The notes beneath the pieces were generated by a model. The model ran no database searches and was not told the origin of the DNA. It saw nothing but the letters and a program-made list of their open reading frames with translations. Shown here piece by piece: positions 20,262 to 21,265 of a stretch of DNA of 21,265 bases; within the stretch, counting starts at the first letter, position 1; the number at the start of each line of letters is the position of its first letter. A program made the position numbers and the translations under genes. Origin of the DNA: Ginkgo biloba (Eukaryota; Plantae; Ginkgophyta); assembly GCA_024626585.2 (NCBI GenBank), contig JANKJI020000002.1:121144287-121165551 (forward strand), in the 5' to 3' direction.

Positions 20262-20979
20262 TGTTGGAATAAATTTAATATTATAAGTTATGTGTCAAAA
20301 TAAAGAATATTAAAGTTTTCTAAGAAGACGAAATGAAAGGTCACCTGAAATAGAAGAGTCATTTTGAAAGTTTTAATTAAAGATTTAATTGAGGGTGATG
20401 TAAAAACTTTTCCTGGTTAGAACAAGTTCAGGTAACCAGTTTGTAAGATTGTAAGTTGGTTATAACATTTGAATAAAATAGTTTCTAAAATATTTTTATT
20501 ATGTGAATCTGATTCTATGATGTTCAATATTTTATATCTATGATTTTAATGTAATATAGCTCTCTATTTCAAAGAGATGAATCAATACCATATGAATTGC
20601 ATGATCCCATAACATAAGGGAAGTGATAAAAGATCTATCCTTTCTATCACTCACATAATATACTATATGTGAAATAGCAAATACTCATAGGAGGAGTGTC
20701 AACATCACATATATCATGGGTAGATAAAACCTCCTCTAATATAACATCTTATCTAGGAGTTCTCTTAGAGAAAGACTAATATACATCCACAGATGACTCT
20801 AGGGATGACCTTCATTTGGCCTTACTAAAGAGATATAGAAATAGCCATAACTCTACTGGTGGTAGTTAATAAACAAGATTAAGAGGTTATCATATCTAGT
20901 ATCGAAGTAGATAATGCATGTCTATGATATAATGTATCTTGAAAGGTACCACCACTTTTTATTAACTTAAAATATTTCT

Positions 20980-21203
20980 TTAAATTTTAACTATAGCTTC
21001 TTTTATTCTCCTCTCTTGAGATGACTTAACATCCAAAATGGAGCGTGCCCCCTCACAATATTTATTCTTAATCAAATAAGATAATAAATGAGCACGTTTG
21101 ATATATGACTTTAGAATGAAATATAACTCTATTATATCATGTGCATGGTTTTGACATATTTTTCTACTCAACCCACCCACATCCATATTACCATCAAATA
21201 CAC
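20980..21203 (-). pseudogene. Exon-like coding fragment of unknown family, possibly transposon-derived
   Basis: A strong acceptor (ttaattttcttttcag|) sits at 21204/21203, followed by an open frame VFDGNMDVGGLSRKICQNHAHDIIELYF..LLSYLIKNKYCEGARSILDVKSSQERRIKEAIVKI*. AT-rich intron-like sequence lies upstream. Confidence 0.35.
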
Positions 21204-21265
21204 CTGAAAAGAAAATTAATTTAAATACTAAAATTTAGTAATTAATATTTTCTCATACATATATA

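Larger units (their letters stand above)
19826..20560 (+). mobile_element. TRIM-like miniature non-autonomous LTR retrotransposon (LTR-PBS-~110 bp-PPT-LTR), old
   Basis: 5' LTR 19826-20134 starts TGTTAGAGATAATTTTAATATTA and 3' LTR from 20262 starts TGTTGGAATAAATTTAATATTA. Shared blocks are gtgtcaaaat, tgaaRggtcacYtg, gtaRccagtttgYaag and atttgaataa. PBS TGGTATCAGAG is at 20135 and PPT AAGGGGGG at 20254-20261. Confidence 0.78.

Noticed and set aside
20062-20286. 74-aa ORF
   Set aside because: It spans the LTR/PBS/PPT of the TRIM-like element and is most likely a chance frame.
20560-20950. Possible LTR of another element interrupting the TRIM 3' LTR
   Set aside because: No partner repeat, PBS or PPT to anchor it.

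Overview
AT-rich, CpG-poor eukaryotic DNA from a land plant. The retroelement peptide motifs and PPR type suggest a large gymnosperm-type genome (inference). The window is a nested retrotransposon graveyard broken by several N-gaps, five of them about 100 N and probably of unknown size. No intact protein-coding gene is visible. In order: (1) a pseudogenic patchwork at ~1960-3008 where PLS-class PPR fragments run in frame into an internally deleted ZIP11/ZIP2-type zinc transporter; (2) a minus-strand Ty1/copia fragment (gag-protease-integrase, no RT/RH, no LTR) at ~4212-6322; (3) a ~1.3 kb diverged tandem duplication (6321-8812) that may carry a decayed minus-strand ORF; (4) a decayed minus-strand Tat-like Ty3/gypsy gag-pol (~11690-16481); (5) a gap-bounded contig with a decayed reading frame split by a clean phase-1 intron (16582-17314); (6) a second Tat-like gypsy gag/protease fragment (17722-18780); (7) a TRIM-like miniature LTR element (LTR-PBS-PPT-LTR) at ~19826-20560; (8) an unidentified exon-like fragment near the right end. 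I cannot support a new functional biological system here. The best leads are the PPR-ZIP chimera, the TRIM-like element, and the spliced or duplicated accessory ORFs near the gypsy elements. All family calls are from motif recognition by eye, with no database search.
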